DNA of 62,880 nt, filler included, from Circinaria calcarea (taxonomy: Eukaryota), in assembly GCA_051942165.1 (NCBI GenBank). It is 8 parts of 8 records of this genome, joined end to end, with 100 filler letters (N's around TTAATTAATTAA, not from the genome) between each part and the next. Parts side by side here need not be neighbours in the genome. Positions count along the whole stretch, not along the records: positions 1 to 7,789 come from JAVECS010001248.1; positions 7,890 to 15,675 come from JAVECS010001249.1; 6 more parts are not named here. One strand, 5' to 3'. A model generated the notes under the pieces. That model saw nothing but the letters and a program-made list of their open reading frames with translations. It made no database searches and was not told the DNA's origin. Within the stretch, counting starts at the first letter, position 1. The number at the start of each line of letters is the position of its first letter. Position numbers and translations under genes: made by a program. Shown here in pieces: positions 1 through 11,900 of the stretch.

Positions 1-1323
1 TTAACCTTGCCTACAACACTATCTTTCTTGGCGAGTAATTTCGCGACAGCTGCTGGATCGAGAAGGCTGGCTTCCGAGCTCGAAGCCACCGAGGACGCTG
101 CGTTGTCCGTTAGTTACCTCAGTCCCAGGCCAAGAAGCATAAGAGATTTTCAAGCATACCCCGTCCACTCGTATCGTTGGCCGCCATGCTGGAGGACAAC
201 ACCTCATGAAAGGTGGTTACACGCCTCCGCTCATCATTGAGTGTGGAGATGCTTTAAAGACAATTGCAAGTCATCTGCAAACATCCTCGGCCTTTCTTTC
301 GGACCGATGTGGTTGCCTGGCGTGCTAGCCATTTTTGTATTAGGGCCGCACGCAGTCTATATATTCGGACATGAGTGCGACAGTATGCTTCGGATTTATC
401 TATGAGATTGTATACGGTGTTGGCTAAAAGTGTCGCTAAGTTGTGTTGAGTAGTGTCTCATGTCTCTTTTATCCGCAGCGGGCCCAAAGATGTTTACCCG
501 GGTCCATCTACAGAGTACCACGATCTTGGTCTCCAGCTGTGTATCTGACTGGAGCGGGCAGGACATGCTGCAATATGATTTACTAGACCGGCCTTCTAGA
601 GAGCCTTATCAGTCGGATATCGATGGCATGGAAATGATCAATCTCAGGTCGGGCTTATCGACGAGCATATTCCCTCAGTGGCAATCCAATGGAGCGATGA
701 TGAAGCAAAGTCTGTTCTACAAATGCGGGAAGATAAGCTTCCACCGGAGCTTTTGCTGGGCTACACGCTACACCCAGCCCACCCCTTTCCTGCAGCCTTA
801 GCGTGAGGGGCTCGATGGATTCGCATGAATCTCGCTGCATATCTCGCTATCTCGCTAACACACAATACCACTGACGCCAGCGAGCTGGACAACGGTTAAG
901 CTAACCCACCTTTGACCACGGGCCCGATGGTGTCACTGATGGTTCCACCGGTTTCGAAGCATGTGGCCCGCTTTCCGATTGGGAGATGCCATACCGAACC
1001 ATGACTCTGTTGGATTCCTTTATCGACAGATGTAACAACTTTAATCCTGCGCTAAGGTGTTACTGCCAAGCATTCTTCGGATCTTATCCCCAAGTTAGAA
1101 GGACATAAGATTTTTGCCGGGTGGGTTCGGCTACACATGGCGATCAATGATGGATTGACCTTTCACTTCTGCCTTTGGGTGGCCCGGGAGCAGGATGCTG
1201 CGTCTTCCCCCGGCCGCTGCTATATATGCTCGCTATCCCCACCTCAGTCAAAACGCAGGTGCTGGGTGATACGTGAAGCAGTTCTTCGAGCCTTCTCTTG
1301 TGATCTCATCGTAAACAGACACA

Positions 1324-3926
1324 ATGGCGGCGGACCGTCACACTGCGGCCATGCCGTTGGGCCTTGGTTCCAACATTCTCGACGCAGCCCCGAACACAGA
1401 GAAAAGCCTCTTCGACAATGCCCGTGAACAAAGCGATAGTGGCAATGAAAAGTCAACAGCCTTCAAGGACGGCGTTGCTGTTGAGGTAGACGAGACCGAG
1501 GAAGACAAGCTTCCGGATCCCTATGTACCATTTCCCATTGACCCCGGGGCTCTAGAAGAAAAGAAGATCCTTAGGACTCGATCCATAGTCCTGGGCCTGA
1601 TTTGTGGATGTCTTGTGAATGCCTCAAACGTCTATCTTGGTACTGCTTCCCTGTATGCAGTCTTATGCATGCCATTGGACTGACGGTTTGACAGGTCTCA
1701 AGACCGGATGGACCTTCGGCGCGAATCTGTTTGGTGCAATTGTTGGCTTTGCAATTATCAAATTCTTTAGTGTAACTTTCGCCGAGAACTTCCCTATTCT
1801 TGGTGGAAAGTTCGGTCCCAAGGAGAACAACATCATTCAAACAACCGCTACGGCCGCCGGTGGTTTAGGCAACATTTTTGTTTCCGCCATTCCGGCACTG
1901 TATCAGCTCAAGCTGTTAAACGATCCGTCAAGTGATTTCTGGAGAATCGTTTCGTTTACAGCGGTGTGCGCGTACTTTGGTTTCTTCTTTGCCACACCTC
2001 GTATGTCCAACCTCTTATACTTTTTACTATAACGACGCCAACTGACTGTGGCTGCGTAGTGCGAAAGTTCTTCATCATTTATGTTGCCCGTGAGCTCTGC
2101 TTGATCTTCCCCACCGGGACTGCAACAGCAATGACCATTCAATCCATGCATGCAGCTACCGGGGGTGAAGCGGCTGCAAAGGCCAAGACCAAAGCACTTG
2201 GCATCGCCTTCAGCTGCGCCCTTGCTCTTCGTGTGGCTTCTCAATATGCTATTGGCATCCTATGGGACTGGCACATATTCACTTGGTTCTATATCTGGGG
2301 CCACTACAAAAACCTCGCCATCCACGTTGAAAATTGGGGTTGGTACCTCGAATTCACCCCAGCGTTTATCGGTAGCGGTATGATTGTCGGTTTGAATCCT
2401 GCCTACTCGTTCTTTGGAGGTAGCGTGCTCGCATGGGGTATCATCGGGCCAGCCCTGGTGCATAACGGAGCCGCATATGGCGTGCCGGCTGGACCAGATG
2501 GAGATGCCAATTGGTCCGACTATATGACCTTTGCTTCGTTCAAACTGGCGGATCCCAAACATCATCCTAGTCCAAGATACTGGCTTCTTTGGCCGTAAGT
2601 CATTTTGTGCAACAGGATGAGCTTATTCGCTAACCGCTTTTCCTGATACAGTGGTGTTTTGTGCATGATTGTCGTCTCCTTTACCGAACTTTTTTGTCAA
2701 TGGAGAATTATATACTTTGCTGGTCGATCCGTCGTGAAGGCTACCACCATGGCCTTAAACAAGGGACTTAAAATGGCGGGCAAGAACTCCCCGTACCTTG
2801 AACGCATGTCCGCCATCGAACAAAAACACCTCGTCGAGGATCCAGCAAGTGAGGAGGATCAAGTCAAATGGTGGATGTGGTTTCCAGGTTTGATCGTGGT
2901 CATCGTCATGACTTGCGTTGTGCTTGGCGTGCAATATGTGAGTGTTGCTACCCCTTAAGCTATAGCCCAAGCGGATTGCACCATGCGCTCCTTGGAAATA
3001 ATGTTAGGATTGGTCAAGTTTGGAGTGGACGAACCATTTCAATTGTCTATATTTTATGATAAGAGATATAACTGACATTACTCCAGGACATGCCGGTTGG
3101 AATGTCAATCCTTGCTATTCTCCTCGGCTTCATCTTTTCCTTCCTTGCTATTCAGTGCACTGGCGTTACAGACATCACACCTCTTACTGCCGCTTCGAAA
3201 GCATCGCAGCTCGTCCTAGGAGGCGCAACCAAGGGCGAGGGCTGGCCGATCGGGCAAGCACAACTCCTCAACCTCATAGGGGGTGCTGTTGCAAGTGGTG
3301 CTGCCAGTCAGTCCACAGATTTGGTAATCGACTTTCGAGTAGGATTTCTACTGCGGACGCCTCCCAAGCTGCAATGGGTGGCGCAAGGCATTGGGTCCAT
3401 TGCTGCCATTTTCCTCGCTCCTGGCATGTTTGTCCTCTTCGCCAAAGCTTATCCTTGCGTCATCGACCTCGAAATTGAGAAATGTGCCTTCGCAGCTCCC
3501 TCGGTTGGTGCATGGCGAGCCGTGGCGATAGCAGTAACGGATCCGAGCTTCCCCATCCCGTCCTCTGCTGGCATTTTTGCCATCTGCTTCTCGATCTTGG
3601 GGGCCATGACGATTCTCTTCAAGTATTACGTCCTAACTGGTTCAAGGGCGGGGTACCGTGAGTATGTCCCGAACATGATGGCCGTGGCCTTGGCTTTCGT
3701 ACTCCCTCAGACGCAGTACGGGACTGCTATGGTCATCGGGGCGACTATCTCGTACGTGTGGGCGAAGAGGAACGCAGCCCAGTTTGATATGTATTGCTAT
3801 GCGGTAGCCGCGGGCTTAATCTCAGGCGAGGGGATCGGAGGGGTCGTCAATGCAGTCTTCCAGATTGCGGGCATATCGGGGGATAAGTATGGCAGCAACA
3901 TTGCATGTCCAGGTGATGCTTGTTGA
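1324..3926 (+). CDS. OPT-superfamily oligopeptide/metal-chelate (YSL-like) transporter, 5 exons
   Basis: Motifs NASNVYLGLKTGWTFGA, FGPKENNIIQTTATAAGG, GVTDITPLTAASKASQL and AAGLISGEGIGG. Introns about 1640-1694, 2001-2059, 2595-2651 and 2938-3086 have GT..AG ends and branch sites and restore the frame. Confidence 0.93.
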
Positions 3927-5052
3927 TGGAATTGTCTATCCCTCAAGCTGGTCCCTTTGGCGCGGGTCAGTCGAAGGAATGCGCTGATAACATCCGACTT
4001 GCTTAACTGAGCGGGCAAGTCATTCCACTGAACTGTTTGTAGTGTGGATTTGGATATCATATAAGAACGAGGAGACGTCCAGCTGTATATATCGATGATT
4101 ACTGTATAGTCTACATGGCGATGTATTGAAAGTCGTCCATTTCTAAACTAGCAGTTTCCCGATTTCCTACTTCAATGAAAGCTCGAATAGGAATAGTGTC
4201 TCGAGTAGGGCTGAATAATGATGATTTATGAGGCGAGACAGAATTACTGCGAATGGATAGGGTTATTCCGGTGTTTCGATTTTGCCCAGTTCCCCTACTA
4301 CCACTTGCGATAATGTCTCCGTAGCAAAGCATGATGACGGCCTCGATCAAGGAAGCATCCAATGTCCCAGTGTGGACGAGGTCCAAAGTCGACTAAACCG
4401 ACTTTGGTGTAGCCGATCTTGTTTTTCCCACTTTCCCCAAGTTCCCAGGTTTCCCCTTCGATCCGCAGCCAACCAGCAGTCCCTCAGTCCCTCAGTCCCT
4501 GCCCCCGAAGCTGAAACCCGACCCAAGACGGCGTGTGCAAAGAGACGATGGACTGATTGTGGTTTGTGAGACCGAACAAGAAAGCCAGACCGGTTCTGTA
4601 GGGCAAGGGCACCGGCACCGGCACAGGCACATCGCTGAAGCCCCGGCTTACCGCTGATGCATTCCGCTTCTCGGCATCTCTCCCCCCATTTACACGCCGA
4701 GACCTCTTTGAACAACACGCGCGCCTCGACCCTCGTACCCAATGTGTGGTCGTAGCCTGGTATGTACCTTTTCTTCCTTTAGCCCTAACACATCGAGGCA
4801 TTCGCCAAACAATCTCTTCTTCCTGCCTCTCGCTCGGGGACCCTCCACCGTGGTCGACGCTTCGGCGTCCTCTACCATCCAAACTTGCGCGCACACATTC
4901 TTGATCAACCGACCATGGCCGCGTCAGTGTATTCAAGCGCAAGCGCTTTGCTAACGGGCCGCTGCTTGTTACAGTCTTCCTATCCTGTACGAATCGATGG
5001 TTGAGGCCGCTGGAGATCCCCAGCTGGCCATTCTTCTCCTCCTCCCACCGCG

Positions 5053-7789
5053 ATGATGCCGTCTCCGTACCCCGTTCAGCCTCAAGCGCCAAGCCCAGCC
5101 CGGAGCGAGAACACTCCCTCGTCCTTGTCACAGAATGGCATTGCCGTGAGAGACAGTTACGAGGCTACGCCGTCGACGGCCCCAGTAGCCAACGGCATTT
5201 CTCAGGTCGAGGGAACAGGCCTCAGCGAGACCCCTAACACCATCGAAGAAGGGAAGTTGAAGGCCAGGGCGGTAGTGGCTGCCTCTGGTCTCCCAGTCGC
5301 ATCATCCAATAACCCCCGAGCATCACCCGAGCCTCTCATTCCCCCGTCCACACACGAAGGGATAATCAATGGCGCGAGCCGGGGCAGGAAACGTTCGCGT
5401 TCCGGGACACGAATGCCACAAGCTGCCCAACAACCGGCCTTACCTGTGCGGACCAAGGAGACTGCGGACAAGGTGCTTTTGGAACAATATGTCAACCGCG
5501 ATCAAGTTCACTCGGCCGCCATGATTGTCGACAAGTTTGCGCAGGATCAGCTCATTCGGTCCAAGGTCGAAGAGACAGCGTCGTACAGTAAGCTCGGACG
5601 AGAACGACCAGGAACTGCCGCTGCAATCTTCGGCCACGGATACGCCGGATATGGGAATGGTGATACGAATGCGCAAACCAGAGGGTTGAAGGTGATTTAT
5701 CCTATGCAGCGCAGACGGCCGGGAGGGAGAAAATCAAGAGAATTGCGAGTAACTCGAAAAGAAGCAGCGGCTCAGGCAGAGCAACTGGATGAACTTGTAC
5801 CGATTCGATTGGACATTGAGTGGGACAAGATCAGATTGCGTGATACCTTCACTTGGAACATCCACGATCGAGTCGTGTCCCCTGAATTGTTTGCCGAGCA
5901 GATGGTGGAAGATTTCAAGCTACCCCTTGATCAATGTGGTTCCCTGGTCCAAAAGATATGTGAAAGTATACAAGAACAAGTCCACGACTTTCACCCGCAA
6001 GTCTTCATTGACGAGGAGGCACTCGATCCGCAATTGCCTTATCATGCTTACAAGAACGACGAGATGCGGATCATAATCAAGTTGAACATAACCATTGGTC
6101 AGCATACTCTTGTCGACCAATTTGAATGGGAAATCAACAGTCCGGTGAACTCACCAGAAGAATTTGCTAGACAAATGGCTCAGGACCTCTCCCTTAGCGG
6201 GGAATTCACAACTGCCATAGCGCACTCAATCCGCGAGCAAAGTCAATTATTCACCCGCAGTCTCTTTGTTACTGGTCATCCGTTTGATGGTCGTCCTATC
6301 GAAGACCCGGAGCTCAAGCAGGCCTTTTTGCCCTCTCCGTTAAACTCGCCCTTCCGTCCTTATCAAGCTGCCAAAGACTTCACCCCATATCTTTATGAGT
6401 TGAACGAGCTTGAGCTTGAGAAGACCGAGTTGTCATTATCAAGGGAAGAGCGCCGGCAGAAGCGTTCAGTCAACCGCCGGGGTGGGCCTGCACTTCCGGA
6501 CCTCAAAGACCGACGACGGACCATACGAACACTTGTGGTCTCTTCTATACTTCCAGGGGCTGCAGAAACGATGGAAGACAGTCGCATCTTCAAACGAACG
6601 GCGGTAGCGGCCGGTAAAGGTCGTCGACCAGGCCTTAATCCAAAAGATGGTGTTGAAGACTCTGAAGAGTCAGATAGTGGCGACTCGTCACCAGATTCAC
6701 CAGCTATTCCATCACATCTGCTTGCGGGTACTGCACGGACAAGAGGCATGAGAGGGGCGGCGTCTGCTGCGCAAGCAGCAATGCGTGCAAATATTGGTCG
6801 GTCAATTACACCAGAAATCTCTTCATTACATCATCACGAAACACGAACTTCTGGGCGAAGATTCGGTGGCAAAGACAACCGTGAGGAGAGTGCTGACTTA
6901 CCTACCTCTCTCATCGTCAAACTACCCATATCTCGAGACCGATACCAACAGTTCCTTCGAGACGAGCGAGCAAGAAGCAAAGGTGACTTGCTACAGCCGC
7001 ATACTATGCCATCTTCTCGGCTATCTCTAAGCACGATGTCAGGGATTGGAACGTCTACTCCAGGTTCAATGGGCCCTCCAACGACAACGACTCCACATTT
7101 ACAGCAACAGCATCCAGCTGCACAACAAAATGGAGATCCAAAGCTAGCGGAAGGGTCAGAAACGGACTTACGGCAGCAACAAAACCCTACCTTGCAGTTA
7201 GGTAGAGTGGATGCCTTGGGTCCACCTGGCCATGAATTCCCAATTGTACGTAGCTGATCGTTTCCTTTATCCTTATGTTTGACGCCCACCGCAAAGGCTG
7301 TTCCAGAGGTCCATTTGAGCCTGCGCTAAGATGTTGTGTCCTTATGATTCGTAGTACCCTCACCATGTGTCCTCACGTTGATGATTAGCTACTGGTTCCA
7401 TTCGATACTTGCGTATCACAGCTTCATTCCTCCATCTTTCTCATATTCTATCGGAGATCTGCCATGTCTCGCGATCAGCATATCAATCGGTGAGAGGGTT
7501 TGAGATGCTAATGTTACCGTTTTCAATAGCCAGCACCGCCTACCTTCCTAACAGCAGCTCTTGTGAAGCTGCAGGAAAGTTATCCTGACGACTCTTTTGA
7601 GGGAACAATGCGCTACACCGCCGTCTCCACTCTCACTGACACTCCTATAAGTTCCCGATCAGATACACCCTATCCGCCTGATACTAAATTTTGCTACTAC
7701 CCGCGAATTAAATGTAAAGATTGTCCTGGTAAGTTGTACACACCTGGTCCTGGCACGGGTGTGGATAATTTCGAGGTACATTTGAAGAA
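5053..7789 (+). CDS. SNF5: SWI/SNF chromatin remodelling subunit Snf5 (3' truncated by contig end)
   Basis: Snf5 repeats LVPIRLDIEWDKIRLRDTFTWN and IKLNITIGQHTLVDQFEWEI..SPEEFARQMAQDLSLSGEFTTAIAHSIREQ. Intron 7246-7529 leads to an exon with RIKCKDCPGKLY..NFEVHLK. Confidence 0.95.
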
Positions 7790-7889
7790 NNNNNNNNNNN
7801 NNNNNNNNNNNNNNNNNNNNNNNNNNNNNNNNNTTAATTAATTAANNNNNNNNNNNNNNNNNNNNNNNNNNNNNNNNNNNNNNNNNNNN
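7790..7889. other. Artificial contig spacer N44-TTAATTAATTAA-N44
   Basis: Exactly 100 bp with a six-frame-stop core; identical at all seven gaps. Confidence 0.98.
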
Positions 7890-8257
7890 AAGAGCTACCG
7901 TTGATGAGTATCTTCGTTTACTAATGTGCCGATGAATTCACGCACCAAGTAGCCCACTTTGACAGCCGCCAGGATTAAGGCAGGGTATCTTAAGTCATTC
8001 GGACCTATGTATGCCAATACCTCGAAGTCTTTCCCAGGGCCAAGTGTCTGATGCAGCCACCAGGCCATGCCATTGATAGCATTCGCAAATTCGCCATAAG
8101 TGATTTTGCGGTACCCTTGTGCATAGCTCAGTGTCGAGATCGGATATTCTGCATAGAGCTTATGGGGGTTAGTCCCAGCCAGGTGGTCGACTATGTCAGG
8201 AATAAGCCATTTGCGATAATCAGGACGCTCGACATTTTGTGCTGGATCCATAGCCAT
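7890..8257 (-). CDS. N-terminus of NRPS-like adenylating enzyme (A-T-R / carboxylic acid reductase type), truncated by contig end
   Basis: LIPDIVDHLAGTNPHKLYAEYPIS..GYRKITYGEFANAINGMAWWL..LAYIGPNDLRYPALILAAVKVGY is typical of fungal NRPS-like A domains. Intron 7945-7895 (GTGCGT..TAG). Confidence 0.85.
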
Positions 8258-8934
8258 GAGAGGCGATGGACCTGAGGCCTGAAATGATGAGGTGTAATAA
8301 GGATAAAGGCACTTGGTGATTACTGTGTTTGTATAGGACCATGCCGAACCCGGCAATTCAGATACTGACTGGATGACCCGACGATCTACGGAATACCCGA
8401 GTACGGTGGCATGAATGGACCTTACGGCAACAATAAATTTTTGAAAATTTTTTTTGAACTTTTGTTTTCGGAAAATCGCTTTTCGACTTCGCGCACGCCA
8501 GCTTCTGTCGTTTCTACCATAGTAATTACTACGGCAGCAGCGACAGCGCATGTAATTAGATAGGTAGCTTGAGATAATATTATTACGAAAACAAATCTCT
8601 ACCACTTGCGCTGTAGTCATTCACTCGTAGATTCATAATAAATTGCGAAACCTTCGCTGAATAATAAATAGTGTAACCGTAGAAACCAAAGCGGGGCGAA
8701 AACAATGGTTTGATTGGAAGCCCAACCTTTGCACTTTAACATAACTAGACCAATGTTTTTTCCATCGTACGCATATTATGGCTCGGAAACCAATTGATTT
8801 AGATCTGTATAAGGAGGAGATTACTCGAATGTTTCGCGCCGCGATAGGAGGAAGCCAAAACCAGGCGGGGAATTTTACGGGCCAACTCTTCAGGACAAAG
8901 GGTGTAGGCGGTGAGAAACTTACTCCAAATTAGG

Positions 8935-11900
8935 TCAGTGGGGCCGCTTTTGTAATTTCTTCTGTTGATGTCCAAATATAATCGCCCCTTGTTGCTCGAG
9001 ACTAGTGGCGGACTGCGGTCGTCTACAATTCTTTACCAGCTCCTGAGTGCGATGACATGGCGAACGATCGTCGTGGGTACAATCTGCAAATGAAGTATTT
9101 TCGTGACTAATCTGCCAAAACAGAGTACAGCCGAGCTTCGAGCAGGAGCCTGGTTCTTGGGAATGTTTGGACAACTGCGTAATACATTTCACGCTGGCTG
9201 TGAGATAGTCCTGATCTGTCGGTACTGACTCCCAAATCTTGCAGAGTTTCTGCGTGACTTTATTGGGAACAATGACCTCACCAAGCCCACTGCAAAGCAG
9301 GACAACCATATTCGGGTCACTTGCCAGGCCCTTCCAATTCCCTTTGAATGCACTGGTAGCTGGCTTTTTTGCTGTGCTGTAAGGATCCCGAGTCACAAGT
9401 TCTATCAAGTCCCAGCCGATCAAATAATCGCCTGAGGACTCGTGGTCTTTCTCGGCCACTATTACATTTTCCAACTCTATCCAATATTTTTTGACCAAGT
9501 CTTTCAGCGTATATGGCTTGTCGTTGTCCTTTGAATCATAGAGTCGGTGGCTACTGTTTTCGTAGATGACCTTCTGTGCCTCTCGACCAATGTCCCACGC
9601 AGCGTTTGCGTACGGCAATTCTGAGAGCGGTGTGGGAAAGCTATCCTTGTGCAGAAAAGCCCAGATGTGAATCATATGTAATATGACGCCCAGAGCTGGT
9701 ACCATCCAGGCTCGACGGCCAGAAGTATCGTAGAGTATTAGAGGCATACTGCTGCTATGAGACAGAATTTCTTCATACGAACGCTCTTCTCTTGTTAGAG
9801 ATAGTCTTTTCGGTTTTGTGAAAGTTACGGTGACGGAAGGTCCTCCAAATTTGGGTAAGGTGAAACCAAGAGTGAAACCCGAAAGTACTGGCCTTCGACT
9901 GGCAGGATTTGCTTGAGAGAATCCGATATCATTATAAGCTCCATCCTTGGTGCCGAGATGGATACTGACTTCCCTATAACAACCAAGGAAGGCCCTCCTT
10001 TGTGCTAGGATATTCAAGTCTGTTAGTGGCCATAGCGCTCTGCTACGCTCGTCAGCCAACAGTGCTAGTGATATCGGTGTTGGCTTTTGGTCATAAAGCA
10101 GATGCCATTGAACAGATTTTGCCTCTGAATTGACCATCCGAGGAAGGTGTTTCGGAAAAATGATTGTCGAAAATCCTTTAAGAACGAGGCCTCCTTTGTA
10201 CTCCATAGGACCAATGATTCCCGCAAAATATATCATTGCCTCGAAGGGAATCTCAACACCATATTCTTCATCCCTAGGTCTGATTGGAAATCCATATGCC
10301 AGCACTCCGTTTAGGAAAAGTGGGTGCCAGCAAGCTTGAGACGTTGCTCTAATGTCCTGAAGCTGGAGAAGCTTTAAGTCGAAAACTCCAGAATCTTTTG
10401 TTTCATTAAAAACGAACTTTGAACAGGCGAATTTCCCTTCACTTGGGACACGAAATGCTGTACTCAGCCAGGCAAGCTGTTGTGCTATGCCAATCACGTC
10501 TTCTCGGGAACCCTCTACAACAATAGTAGCTCTTTCTTTGGACTGGGAGACATCACTAGTCCATAATTGGCAAAAGATCGTCGTTCCTAAAGATGATGAT
10601 TCTTCTTGATCAAACGTTAGCTTCCAACTCCCAGGTAAAGAATATTGTACCCACCGTGCCGACCAGTTCTAAAAGCCTTTTCCAGTGCCATGACCATAAA
10701 TTCTCCAGTCGCGGGCCAGTTTCTGCGACAATAGTCCAGACACGACGACGCCTCGGCGTTTATGATGCCTCCACTTACTGTAAGCACATTTACAAACGTA
10801 TCACCCTCCTCAAGCTCGCTTTTGACATACTGTATTAGCTCCCACTGAACATGAAAAGTCGCCGAACACAACCCTGATGCGGGGAGTATCGGTTGCAGGA
10901 CATGGTGTATATATTGGAGAGGTGAGCAGATCTGCTTGACTATATTGTGCTTGAAATTGCGAAATGCGACACCCCTTGTCAGCCATAGGATGGTATCATC
11001 CGTCAGTGACTGAGGAATGCTGTCCGGTTCATCATCGGAGGTATCACTTGCACTACTTTGATCATCCATGTGCTCATCGCTAGCTAAGATGTTTCCTTGA
11101 CTCTCGTTTCTGGTATAATCTTCAGCATTTCTGTAGTCTGAGCCAGCCGTTTTTCCCAGTCTTATTCCATCTGTGGCCTCTACGGCGGCAGCGTCTTGCT
11201 GTGGCTGGACCGCATGGTGTAGATTCTGTGAATACGTTTCCACACCAGCTTCTACTGTCTGCTCCACTAGATCTTCTAGTTGCTCACCCTCCCTGCTTGT
11301 GGAAGGCTTCAACACTTCGCAAACACGAAAGGCGAAATAGGCGCTAAATCTGCGAAGGATCCAGATTGTACCTTTCTGAACGTCCGTTCGGTTTTCTCTG
11401 CTTAAGACAGAGCAAAACTCTCTTATTTTGCACTTAAAAATGCGTCTGAAAAGAGATTTCCCTTTGATCTCCAGCATTTTCTTACAGAGGTCTTTCAGGT
11501 CAGGATCCAAAAGAACTTCGAAAGTGAGGATTGTGAAAATGGCTTCTGGAAGCTTATTCTCGAGGACGCTGCCGTAATGCCCCAGCTTTGCGTTAACGTC
11601 CGCTCCGCTTTCCAGCAGCAATCGCACTACACTTTCATGGCCGCTATACGAGGCGACTTGAAGGGCGCTGTTGTTAGGGTACGCTCCCATCTCCAGCAGC
11701 ATTTGGACCACATCTTGATGACCGTCAATACAGGCAGCATGAAGGGCGCTGCCGTAATGCCCCAGCTTTGCGTTAATCTTCGCTCCGCTCTTCAGCAGTA
11801 ATCGCACCACACCTTCATGACCGCTAGCGGAGGCAGCTTGCAATGCGTAACCGAGCGTCTCTTCAGAATTAGTGTTCGCACCATTTTCTAACAACAGGCG

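Noticed and set aside
7246..7529. Long SNF5 intron (and the 406-nt EAF3 intron 1) as possible snoRNA hosts
   Set aside because: A TGATGA is present in the SNF5 intron, but no properly placed D box or terminal stem was seen. An Infernal/Rfam scan would be needed.
8258..8620. N-terminal 120 aa of the 241-aa ORF 7895-8620
   Set aside because: AT-rich, non-protein-like upstream read-through; NRPS-like similarity starts at the ATGs at 8257/8251.
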